From the NCBI RefSeq assembly GCF_000011805.1, contig NC_006840.2: a stretch of 32,000 nt of DNA; one strand, written 5' to 3'. Position 1 is the first letter of the stretch, and the number at the start of each line of letters is the position of its first letter. The position numbers and the translations under genes are program-made. Source of the stretch: Aliivibrio fischeri ES114. Lineage in GTDB: Bacteria > Pseudomonadota > Gammaproteobacteria > Enterobacterales > Vibrionaceae. Shown here in pieces: positions 6,707-14,602 of this stretch. The notes below the pieces were generated by a model. That model worked only from the letters and a program-made list of their open reading frames with translations, searched no databases and was not told the origin of the DNA.

Positions 6707-8791
6707 TTAACAACTGTATTTGATTAAAATATCTGATAAGTCTTTTGCTCTGATTGGTTTTGATATGAAATCGTTCATACCAGCTTCCAAACACATTTCT
6801 TTTTCTGTCTCCATTGCATGAGCTGTGATTGCTATTATAGGCAGCTCTATACCTAACTTTCTTAATTCAGTTGTTGCACTGATGCCATCTTTAACTGGCA
6901 TCGATACATCCATAAGAACCACATCAAAAAAACAACCGTTTGTCTGATGTTTAAATATTGAAATGGCCTCTTCACCATTACTGACTATTGATACATGGTG
7001 ACCTTGTTTTTCTAGCAATATCTGAAGAACCGCCTGATTTGCTTTATTATCTTCTGCTAACAAGATATTTAAGCTACGCTGATTAACCAATTCTTTAGCT
7101 TCATTATTTAATTGTTTCGGTAAATCGCTGATTTCTTTTAAAGGCAGAGTTATTTTAAAAGTACTGCCTATATTTAATCGGCTCTCTACTGTTATCGTTC
7201 CTTGCATTAATTCAACTAAGCGCTTAATAATGGCTAAACCAAGACCAGTTCCACCGTATTTTCTAGTTATTGAACTGTCTGCTTGCACAAATGGTTTAAA
7301 CAATTGCTCTAATGTTGTTGAAGCAATGCCGATACCGGTATCACTAACTGATATGGATATTGAATTATTAGGTAGCTTCTCGATCTTAACAGCGACATGT
7401 CCATGATTAGTGAATTTAATTGCATTACCAACTAAATTGAAGATTACTTGGGATAACCTGGTTGCATCAGCAAAAACATATTTAGGTACATTTTGTGACG
7501 CCGTAACAGTTAAAGTTATTCCTTTATCTTTAGCTCTTGTATCTAGAAAATTAATAGATGTATTTAAAGATCTTAATAAATCAATTGGTTGTTCATTTAA
7601 AACAAATGTTCCCGCTTCAATCCTAGATATATCAAGTACATCACTGATTATTGTAAGCAGCAATTGAGAGGAACTTTCCATTTGATTTAACCAATCTAAT
7701 TGTTCTTCAGAAAGCAAGCTACTATGAAACACATCAACAAGACCAAGTATTGAGTTTAATGGTGTTCTAATTTCATGGCTCATCATAGCTAAAAATTGTG
7801 ATTTTGCTTTATTGGCTTTTTCAGCTTCAGTTTTAGCGGTTTGAATATCTCTGATTCGTTTTTTTCTCGCTGAAATATCTTTGGCCGTACCTCGGTAACC
7901 AACAAAAGTACCAAACTCATCAAAAAATGGTTTACCACTCAGGCTTAACCAAACTTTATTATTGAAAATATCAGGGTTCCATTCAACTTCGTGAAATGGC
8001 ACAAGCCTCTTCTCTGATTCAATTATCGTAGAATTAATGAAATCATTACTGATCAAGCTAAGTAGATTTTGAGAGATGATTGATGTGTTATTTATTTTGG
8101 TATCAGACAAGTAGGTAAAATTAAATTGAGGATCCGTTTCCCAAAACCAGTCACCAACGGTTTCAGCAAAGTCTTGAAATCGCTCTTTACTTAGAAAAAG
8201 TTCTTTTGTCTTCAGTGAAACCATCGCATTGAGGCGTTCTTTATAATCAATATCAATTACTGCTCGCTCAACTAATGGCATAAAGCGTTCTATTTTCTCT
8301 TTCTCGAGAGTTGAATAAGCCCCAAACTTAGAACATGCTAAAATAATAACAGCATAGCCAGAATGAGACTTTAAACCACATATTGCTACAGAAGAAAATA
8401 AGCTCTGTAATTCTGTATTTTTGAATAGAAATTCATTTGTTTTATGCGGTTGAAATAAGATGATAGTTTCATCATGACAGGCTCGATGAAAAAGATCGTT
8501 ATAACGCCATGTTAAATGATCGAAATACGGATTTGTTGATGCTAATACAGAGAAACTGTCTTTATCTGTAGATGAAACCACAATAGCATTATCGAATTCG
8601 ACAAATTCCTTAATGACATTTAATAAACCATTAAAAATATCTTCTTTTGTTTGAGCATCTGAAATTGCAGATACCCCTCGCAAAATAACTTGGTTTTCTT
8701 TATGAAGTTGGGCTTCACGTTCTTTACTTCGCTTTAATTCCAACAGTATCTCTTGAAATTGTTCTTTTTCAGAATGATTTTTCACAGACAA
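6707..8791 (-). CDS. Cytoplasmic hybrid sensor histidine kinase (NahK/VpsS-like, partner of the FIST/NosP protein)
   Basis: 694 aa with no TM segment. Domains in order: N-terminal coiled coil and GAF-like region, PAS (RFQDFAETVGDWFWETD), H-box MSHEIRTPLN, HATPase (G-boxes DTGIGI, GGTGLGL), C-terminal receiver (DVVLMDVSMPVKDG ... ITAHA). The TTG start lies 3 nt after the upstream gene's stop. Confidence 0.85.
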   Translation of the reverse strand: MSVKNHSEKEQFQEILLELKRSKEREAQLHKENQVILRGVSAISDAQTKEDIFNGLLNVIKEFVEFDNAIVVSSTDKDSFSVLASTNPYFDHLTWRYNDLFHRACHDETIILFQPHKTNEFLFKNTELQSLFSSVAICGLKSHSGYAVIILACSKFGAYSTLEKEKIERFMPLVERAVIDIDYKERLNAMVSLKTKELFLSKERFQDFAETVGDWFWETDPQFNFTYLSDTKINNTSIISQNLLSLISNDFINSTIIESEKRLVPFHEVEWNPDIFNNKVWLSLSGKPFFDEFGTFVGYRGTAKDISARKKRIRDIQTAKTEAEKANKAKSQFLAMMSHEIRTPLNSILGLVDVFHSSLLSEEQLDWLNQMESSSQLLLTIISDVLDISRIEAGTFVLNEQPIDLLRSLNTSINFLDTRAKDKGITLTVTASQNVPKYVFADATRLSQVIFNLVGNAIKFTNHGHVAVKIEKLPNNSISISVSDTGIGIASTTLEQLFKPFVQADSSITRKYGGTGLGLAIIKRLVELMQGTITVESRLNIGSTFKITLPLKEISDLPKQLNNEAKELVNQRSLNILLAEDNKANQAVLQILLEKQGHHVSIVSNGEEAISIFKHQTNGCFFDVVLMDVSMPVKDGISATTELRKLGIELPIIAITAHAMETEKEMCLEAGMNDFISKPIRAKDLSDILIKYSC

Positions 8792-8794
8792 TAC

Positions 8795-9979
8795 CTAATT
8801 ATGAAATAAAACGGTTGATACCATTAAGTTACCGTGAGCATTTTCCCCACCAGTAAAACGACCTTGTTCACCAAACGTAAATGGGCAAATATAAGGAGCT
8901 CCATGCATTGCCGCATTCACAGAATCACAGACATCTAACATAGAGGATTTAATGTGCATCATTGAACCGGCACAAAAAATATTAATGCCACCAATTGGAA
9001 CAAATTTCTCTTGTTTAAAATTCGTCGCGGAGTCAATGACCCGTTGAGGTCGTGATATGATTTGATCTTTTTCTCCATACATAACAAATACTTCTTCGCC
9101 TTCATATATATTAGCGAAGCATTCAATCCCTCCGTCATTCGTTATCTTAGTTGGATGTGCCAATTTAAAGTATGGAATATCATACATATAACCTGCAATA
9201 CGTCCGAATGGGTATTGAGCCATGTTTTCTAATAAATTAGTTTTTTTGTTTAACAAACAAGACATATTCGTCCACTCTTTATAAACCTCAAGAGCCGGAC
9301 GATTATCTATTTCATAAATGGTTCGTTGGTCAGTTTTCGTAGCTATGCCAGAGACATTTGAAGGTGCGTAACCCGAGTGAAATGAGTAAGAAACTTTACA
9401 AGAAGGATAGAAAACTGAAATGGAAATACCGCTTTTCACACAACCATCCTGAGTAAAGACACTCCATAAGCCTTGGTTATGATTATCTGCGGCAGTTCCC
9501 CCAATAAGTGGAACTGGAGAGCCAAAAAAAGTATCAATAACTGAAATTATTTTTTCTTCATGGCCTGAAGTTGCGTGTAATAATACTAATGAAGGTAATT
9601 CCCCTTCTCTACCACTATCTTTAATTGCTTCTTCTAATAAGTGGATGGTTAATGACTCTATATCATAGTGAGAAACAAATTGGCTGATACTTGTTCCATA
9701 GCAACCTAAACCGGAATCGAAAATTCCCCATACCGCTATGGAGTGGTCATCAGCAAATCCCTGATCGGTCATTATCCCTTGGCAAGACGTACACCCATGA
9801 ATTTTACTAGACGGAAACTGACTTTTTAGTGTCGAGATGATCGTTTCTTTATTATGTCTCTCAGTGAAATAACATAAAATTAAATTTGGAGCAGATTGTT
9901 CAGTAGCCATATTTCGAATACAGTCATATACGGCATCATATGAATTGTTTTTTTGCGAAACGCCACTAATTATCTTCAA
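8795..9979 (-). CDS. FIST-domain sensor protein (NosP-type, putative heme/NO sensor)
   Basis: 394-aa soluble protein with FIST_N/FIST_C-like layout. TTG start with GGAG 5 nt upstream. It is translationally adjacent to the hybrid kinase, the arrangement described for NosP-NahK and NosP-VpsS. Confidence 0.7.
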   Translation of the reverse strand: MKIISGVSQKNNSYDAVYDCIRNMATEQSAPNLILCYFTERHNKETIISTLKSQFPSSKIHGCTSCQGIMTDQGFADDHSIAVWGIFDSGLGCYGTSISQFVSHYDIESLTIHLLEEAIKDSGREGELPSLVLLHATSGHEEKIISVIDTFFGSPVPLIGGTAADNHNQGLWSVFTQDGCVKSGISISVFYPSCKVSYSFHSGYAPSNVSGIATKTDQRTIYEIDNRPALEVYKEWTNMSCLLNKKTNLLENMAQYPFGRIAGYMYDIPYFKLAHPTKITNDGGIECFANIYEGEEVFVMYGEKDQIISRPQRVIDSATNFKQEKFVPIGGINIFCAGSMMHIKSSMLDVCDSVNAAMHGAPYICPFTFGEQGRFTGGENAHGNLMVSTVLFHN

Positions 9980-10076
9980 AATTGCTCCAAATAGTCATAT
10001 TTATATGCATATTCTACATATTTATGTTCGAGCGATTGATTTTTGAACGTTATCTATTTAACCCTATGAAAAGAAA

Positions 10077-10532
10077 TTATTTTTTTGCAGTAAATGTGAT
10101 TTCTTTACTTTTTCCATCTGCTGTAATCACAACTAACCATTCCATTTCATTATGTTTACATTTAGGAACAAAGGTTGAATAAGACGCTACATCATCGCTC
10201 TTTAATTCTTTTGTGAATTTCAATATGCCCATATTCATGTCGACACCTTTCGCTTGAAGGTTAAAGGCAAGATCCTCACCTTTAATGTTAACAATCATTT
10301 CGGCATTTTGTTGTATCGGTCTTGAAGCAACATCAATAATGATTTGATTATTATCAATATTAATCAAACATGCTTGTTTCGTTACATCACATATATTTGA
10401 TAATTCACTATCCGATGTTAAACCACTTTCAGGAACGTAGGTAATTGTTCTCCAAGTAAATGCGGCGATTAAGACAAATAATAAGAAAATAAGTTGAAAT
10501 AAACGGGGGCCTGTTAACTTTTCCACTGCCAT
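10077..10532 (-). CDS. Small membrane-anchored protein of unknown function (single N-terminal TM, beta-rich extracytoplasmic domain)
   Basis: 151-aa ORF with TM LFQLIFLLFVLIAAFTW, three Cys and a GVDMNMG motif. It is divergent from ccoN and lies 97 bp upstream of the FIST gene on the same strand. Confidence 0.6.
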   Translation of the reverse strand: MAVEKLTGPRLFQLIFLLFVLIAAFTWRTITYVPESGLTSDSELSNICDVTKQACLINIDNNQIIIDVASRPIQQNAEMIVNIKGEDLAFNLQAKGVDMNMGILKFTKELKSDDVASYSTFVPKCKHNEMEWLVVITADGKSKEITFTAKK

Positions 10533-10803
10533 AGTTGTAAAAACCTTTGTTATCTAGTTCAAAAAAAGAGAAAAAATGTTGCTTAACCGTAAATTTAATG
10601 TGGCGACCAACTGTCATTCAATTTTTAAGTGAAGTATCATTGATGCCGAAAATGCCATTTTTGCATTAAAAAAGGATATTTCAAAATAAAAGAGTCACAA
10701 ATTTAATTATTTAGAAATAGAATTTTGGATGGCATTGCGGACATTATTGTTCGCACTAAGGAAAGTAAAGTGTAGTTAATAATAAAAGTGGAAGCATGCA
10801 ATT

Positions 10804-12234
10804 ATGAGCCAAGTACAGCAGCATGAACAAAACTACAACTATACCGTTGTTCGTCAGTTCTCTTTAGTTACCATACTTTGGGGTATTGTTGGCATGGGTG
10901 TAGGTGTACTAATTGCCGCTCAGTTAGTTTGGCCGCAACTAAATTTCGACACACCATGGCTAACGTATAGCCGTTTGCGCCCTCTGCATACCAATGCAGT
11001 AATCTTCGCATTCGGTACAAGTGCCCTGTTCGCAACATCTTATTATGTTGTTCAGAGAACTTGTCAAACACGTTTGTTTGGTGGTCCATTAGTTGCGTTC
11101 ACCTTCTGGGGATGGCAAGCAATTATTCTAGCAGCAGCAATTACGTTGCCTCTAGGTATTACATCAGGTAAAGAATATGCCGAATTAGAGTGGCCGATTG
11201 ATATCGCTATTACACTAGTTTGGGTTGCGTATGCTATCGTATTCTTTGGAACCTTGTTTAAACGTAAAACATCTCATATTTACGTAGCTAACTGGTTTTT
11301 TGGAGCCTTCATTTTAACCGTTGCTGTTCTTCATATTGTGAATAGTCTTGCGGTTCCTGTATCTCTAACAAAATCGTATTCAATGTACTCAGGTGCGGTC
11401 GATGCGATGGTTCAATGGTGGTACGGTCATAATGCGGTAGGTTTCCTTTTAACTGCAGGTTTCTTAGGTATGATGTATTACTTCGTACCGAAACAAGCTG
11501 AACGTCCAGTTTACTCTTACCGTTTATCTATTGTTCACTTCTGGGCATTAGTTTCTCTTTATATCTGGGCTGGTCCTCACCACTTACATTACACCGCACT
11601 ACCTGATTGGACACAGTCGCTTGGTATGGTGATGTCATTAGTCCTATTCGCACCATCATGGGGCGGCATGATTAATGGTATTATGACGTTATCTGGTGCT
11701 TGGCATAAGCTTCGTTATGACCCTATCTTACGTTTCCTAATTGTTTCTTTGTCCTTCTATGGTATGTCGACATTTGAAGGCCCAATGATGGCAATTAAAT
11801 CTGTAAATGCCCTATCTCACTATACTGATTGGACAATTGGTCACGTACACTCTGGTGCTTTAGGTTGGGTTGCAATGGTTTCAATTGGTTCTTTATACCA
11901 CTTAATTCCTAAGCTATTTGGTCAAGAACGTATGTACTCTGTATCACTAATCAATGTTCACTTCTGGTTAGCAACAATCGGTACCGTTTTTTATATTGTA
12001 GCAATGTGGATTTCTGGTGTAATGCAAGGCTTGATGTGGCGAGCAGTAAATGCTGACGGTACATTAACATACAGCTTTGTTGAATCATTAGAAGCATCAT
12101 ACCCATTTTACTTCGTTCGCTTTATAGGTGGTTTAATCTTCTTATCAGGAATGTTCTTACTTGCATACAATACATATAAGACCATTACTGCTCCGAAGAA
12201 CAGCCTTAAAGCAATTCCACAACCGGCACAATAA
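10804..12234 (+). CDS. ccoN: cbb3-type cytochrome c oxidase subunit I
   Basis: 476-aa polytopic protein with the CcoN signature [10 protein letters not shown] and conserved His ligands. Confidence 0.96.
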   Translation: MSQVQQHEQNYNYTVVRQFSLVTILWGIVGMGVGVLIAAQLVWPQLNFDTPWLTYSRLRPLHTNAVIFAFGTSALFATSYYVVQRTCQTRLFGGPLVAFTFWGWQAIILAAAITLPLGITSGKEYAELEWPIDIAITLVWVAYAIVFFGTLFKRKTSHIYVANWFFGAFILTVAVLHIVNSLAVPVSLTKSYSMYSGAVDAMVQWWYGHNAVGFLLTAGFLGMMYYFVPKQAERPVYSYRLSIVHFWALVSLYIWAGPHHLHYTALPDWTQSLGMVMSLVLFAPSWGGMINGIMTLSGAWHKLRYDPILRFLIVSLSFYGMSTFEGPMMAIKSVNALSHYTDWTIGHVHSGALGWVAMVSIGSLYHLIPKLFGQERMYSVSLINVHFWLATIGTVFYIVAMWISGVMQGLMWRAVNADGTLTYSFVESLEASYPFYFVRFIGGLIFLSGMFLLAYNTYKTITAPKNSLKAIPQPAQ

Positions 12235-12246
12235 GGAGACCATGTT

Positions 12247-12858
12247 ATGAGTTCTAATCGTCATGAAATCATAGAAAAAAATGTTGGTCTTCTTGCGGTT
12301 CTTATCGTTGTTGCTATCAGTTTTGGTGCATTAGTTGAAATTACGCCTCTAATTTTCCAAAAACAGACAACGGAACCGGTAGAAAACCTACGCACTTATA
12401 CTGCGCTTGAAATGGAAGGCCGTGACATCTATATCCGTGAAGGTTGTAATGTTTGTCATAGCCAGATGATTCGTCCATTCCGAGCTGAAACAGAACGTTA
12501 TGGTCACTATTCTGTGGCTGGTGAAAGTGTTTGGGAACATCCATTTTTATGGGGTTCTAAACGTACAGGTCCTGACTTAGCTCGTGTTGGTCAACGTTAC
12601 TCTGATGAGTGGCACCGTGTTCACCTTATCAACCCTCGTGATGTTGTTCCTGAATCAAATATGCCTGGCTTCCCTTGGTTGGAAGAAAACGTACTTGATG
12701 GTGAACTAACATCGAAGAAAATCGCCATTTTCCGTGATAACTTTGGTGTTCCATACACTGAAGAAGACGTGAAAAATGCTTCAGAAGAAGTAAAAGGCAA
12801 GACTGAAATGGACGCATTAATTGCATACCTTCAGTCTCTTGGACATGCAATGAAGTAA
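12247..12858 (+). CDS. ccoO: cbb3-type cytochrome c oxidase subunit II (monoheme)
   Basis: 203 aa with an N-terminal anchor and heme motif [11 protein letters not shown]. Confidence 0.95.
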   Translation: MSSNRHEIIEKNVGLLAVLIVVAISFGALVEITPLIFQKQTTEPVENLRTYTALEMEGRDIYIREGCNVCHSQMIRPFRAETERYGHYSVAGESVWEHPFLWGSKRTGPDLARVGQRYSDEWHRVHLINPRDVVPESNMPGFPWLEENVLDGELTSKKIAIFRDNFGVPYTEEDVKNASEEVKGKTEMDALIAYLQSLGHAMK

Positions 12859-12868
12859 GGAGGTCCCT

Positions 12869-13054
12869 ATGGACGCTGGTACTATTCATGCAATTTGGAC
12901 GGTCATACTGTTTTTAAGCATGGTAGGCATTATTTTCTGGGCATACAGTAAAAAACAAAAAGCACGCTTTGACGAAGCTGCGAATTTAGTTTTTGCTGAT
13001 GAGGAAGAAAATACTACTTCAAGCAACAAAACGACAGGAGTTGACAAACAATGA
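12869..13054 (+). CDS. ccoQ: cbb3-type oxidase small subunit
   Basis: 61-aa single-TM protein between ccoO and ccoP. Its stop overlaps the ccoP ATG (ATGA). Confidence 0.85.
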   Translation: MDAGTIHAIWTVILFLSMVGIIFWAYSKKQKARFDEAANLVFADEEENTTSSNKTTGVDKQ

Positions 13055-14022
13055 GTACTTTTTGGAGTCTCTGGATAAGTGTCATTACCATTGGTACGTT
13101 GGTTGGTTGTGCTATTTTACTTCGATTCTGTTTAAAAAATACGACAGGCATTGAAGAAGGCGAAGACATGGGCCATGAATACGATGGTATTCGTGAGCTT
13201 AACAACCCATTACCAAAATGGTGGTCTTATCTTTTTTGGGCAACACTAATATTCTCGATTGTGTATTTAATCCTTTACCCGGGATTAGGTAACTTTAAAG
13301 GAGTGTTAGGTTGGACAAGTTCGGATCAAACCGTTCGAACAATTGAAGAATCTCGTGCATCTATTGAGCGCTCTCACAAAGAGAAAACATTGGATCAATT
13401 TGCACGAGAACTGGACGATGCAAATACGAACTTTGGTGAAACCTTTTCAAAACTTGCATATAAACCAGGAACGTCTGATTTCCGTGAAATTACAGACATA
13501 GCTAATGATGATGAAGCATTAAAAGTTGGACAACGTCTATTCTTACAAAACTGCTCTCAGTGTCATGGTTCTGATGCTCGTGGCATGATTGGCTTCCCTA
13601 ACCTAACGGATACAGCATGGTTATATGGTGGCGAACCGCAAGCTATCAAAACAACCATTATGGAAGGCCGTATTGGTAACATGCCAGCTTGGGGAGACGC
13701 TTTAGGTGCTGACGGTGTAAAAGAAGTTGTTTCTTATACGCTTAGCTTATCAGGCCGTAAAGTAAACGCTAAAGAAGCAGCAGCAGGAAAACAACGCTTT
13801 GTTGTCTGTGCCGCTTGTCACGGTACAGATGGTAAAGGTAACCCTGCATTAGGAGCACCTGACCTTACTGATCAGGACTGGCAATTCGGTGATTCACGAG
13901 CTGCTGTAACTGAAACTGTGACTAATGGTCGTCAAGGCGTTATGCCTGCATGGAAAGACGTATTAGGTGAAGAAAAAGTACAACTTCTATCTGCTTACGT
14001 TTGGAGCTTAAGCAACAAATAA
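13051..14022 (+). CDS. ccoP: cbb3-type cytochrome c oxidase subunit III (diheme)
   Basis: 323 aa with an N-terminal TM region and two CXXCH motifs (CSQCHG, CAACHG). Confidence 0.95.
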   Translation: MSTFWSLWISVITIGTLVGCAILLRFCLKNTTGIEEGEDMGHEYDGIRELNNPLPKWWSYLFWATLIFSIVYLILYPGLGNFKGVLGWTSSDQTVRTIEESRASIERSHKEKTLDQFARELDDANTNFGETFSKLAYKPGTSDFREITDIANDDEALKVGQRLFLQNCSQCHGSDARGMIGFPNLTDTAWLYGGEPQAIKTTIMEGRIGNMPAWGDALGADGVKEVVSYTLSLSGRKVNAKEAAAGKQRFVVCAACHGTDGKGNPALGAPDLTDQDWQFGDSRAAVTETVTNGRQGVMPAWKDVLGEEKVQLLSAYVWSLSNK

Positions 14023-14030
14023 AATAATAA

Positions 14031-14065
14031 AAGCCTCTGTATCATCAGAGGCTTATTCTTTTCTT
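14031..14065 (+). terminator. Hairpin/terminator after ccoP
   Basis: aagcctctg (14031-14039) pairs with cagaggctt (14046-14054), followed by a T-rich tail. A second 7-bp hairpin cttattc/gaataag follows. Confidence 0.6.
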
Positions 14066-14104
14066 ATTCGTTTTGAATAAGAGTCTTTTATAGGAATTAT
14101 TACT

Positions 14105-14584
14105 ATGCCTCAACCTTGGTATAAGCAGTTCTGGCCTTGGTTTCTCATTATCCTTCCAGCCACTGTTGTCGTTGCATGTATTTCAACATTTGTTCTTTTT
14201 GTCGAAAATGATGTTGATCTTGTTGCTGAAGATTATTACAAAAAAGGAAAAGCGATTAATGTTGATCTTTCTAAGATTAAAGTCGCTCAAGAGCTATCTA
14301 TTCACGCTCAAGTTCGTAACCTTAATAACGTTATTGAAATAAAGTTAGATAAAGGTAAGTTAGAACATAACCCAGCAATTAAAGCTATTTTTACTCATAG
14401 AACATTACCAAATCATGATTTTTCGCAAGTCTTAACTTCTGATGCGAAAGGCATTTACCGCATTACATTACAAGAACCTATTACCGGCCCTTGGTTTATT
14501 GAATTACTACCACATGACAGTTCATGGATGGTTCAAGGCCGAATTAACTTCCCTAGCAAAGACTTTTTCCCTTTAGGTAAATAA
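14105..14584 (+). CDS. ccoH: cbb3 oxidase assembly protein CcoH (FixH family)
   Basis: 159 aa with N-terminus PWYKQFWPWFLIILPATVVV typical of FixH/CcoH, located upstream of ccoI. Confidence 0.85.
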   Translation: MPQPWYKQFWPWFLIILPATVVVACISTFVLFVENDVDLVAEDYYKKGKAINVDLSKIKVAQELSIHAQVRNLNNVIEIKLDKGKLEHNPAIKAIFTHRTLPNHDFSQVLTSDAKGIYRITLQEPITGPWFIELLPHDSSWMVQGRINFPSKDFFPLGK

Positions 14585-14602
14585 TTAAAATAAGTAGACC
14601 AT

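Noticed and set aside
7495-7507. Second matS-like 12/13 match (GTGACGCCGTAAC) inside the kinase coding sequence.
   Set aside because: It is kept only as a note under the matP finding. One or two such one-mismatch hits per 32 kb are roughly what chance predicts, and this one has no positional support.
9982-10617. ORFs 9982-10182 (+) and 10429-10617 (-) near the small membrane protein gene, and ORF 29386-29583 (+) in the cobB-LysR region.
   Set aside because: They overlap better-supported genes or span promoter regions. Their compositions are those typical of random AT-rich ORFs, and they have no SD.
10533-10803. Looked for an FNR/Anr box (TTGAT-N4-ATCAA) and an ArcA-like box upstream of ccoN.
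   Set aside because: Only an isolated TTGAT half-site (10639-10643) is present. A GTTAATAAT element at 10775-10783 lies about 20 nt from the start codon, inside the likely 5-prime UTR. Neither is convincing.
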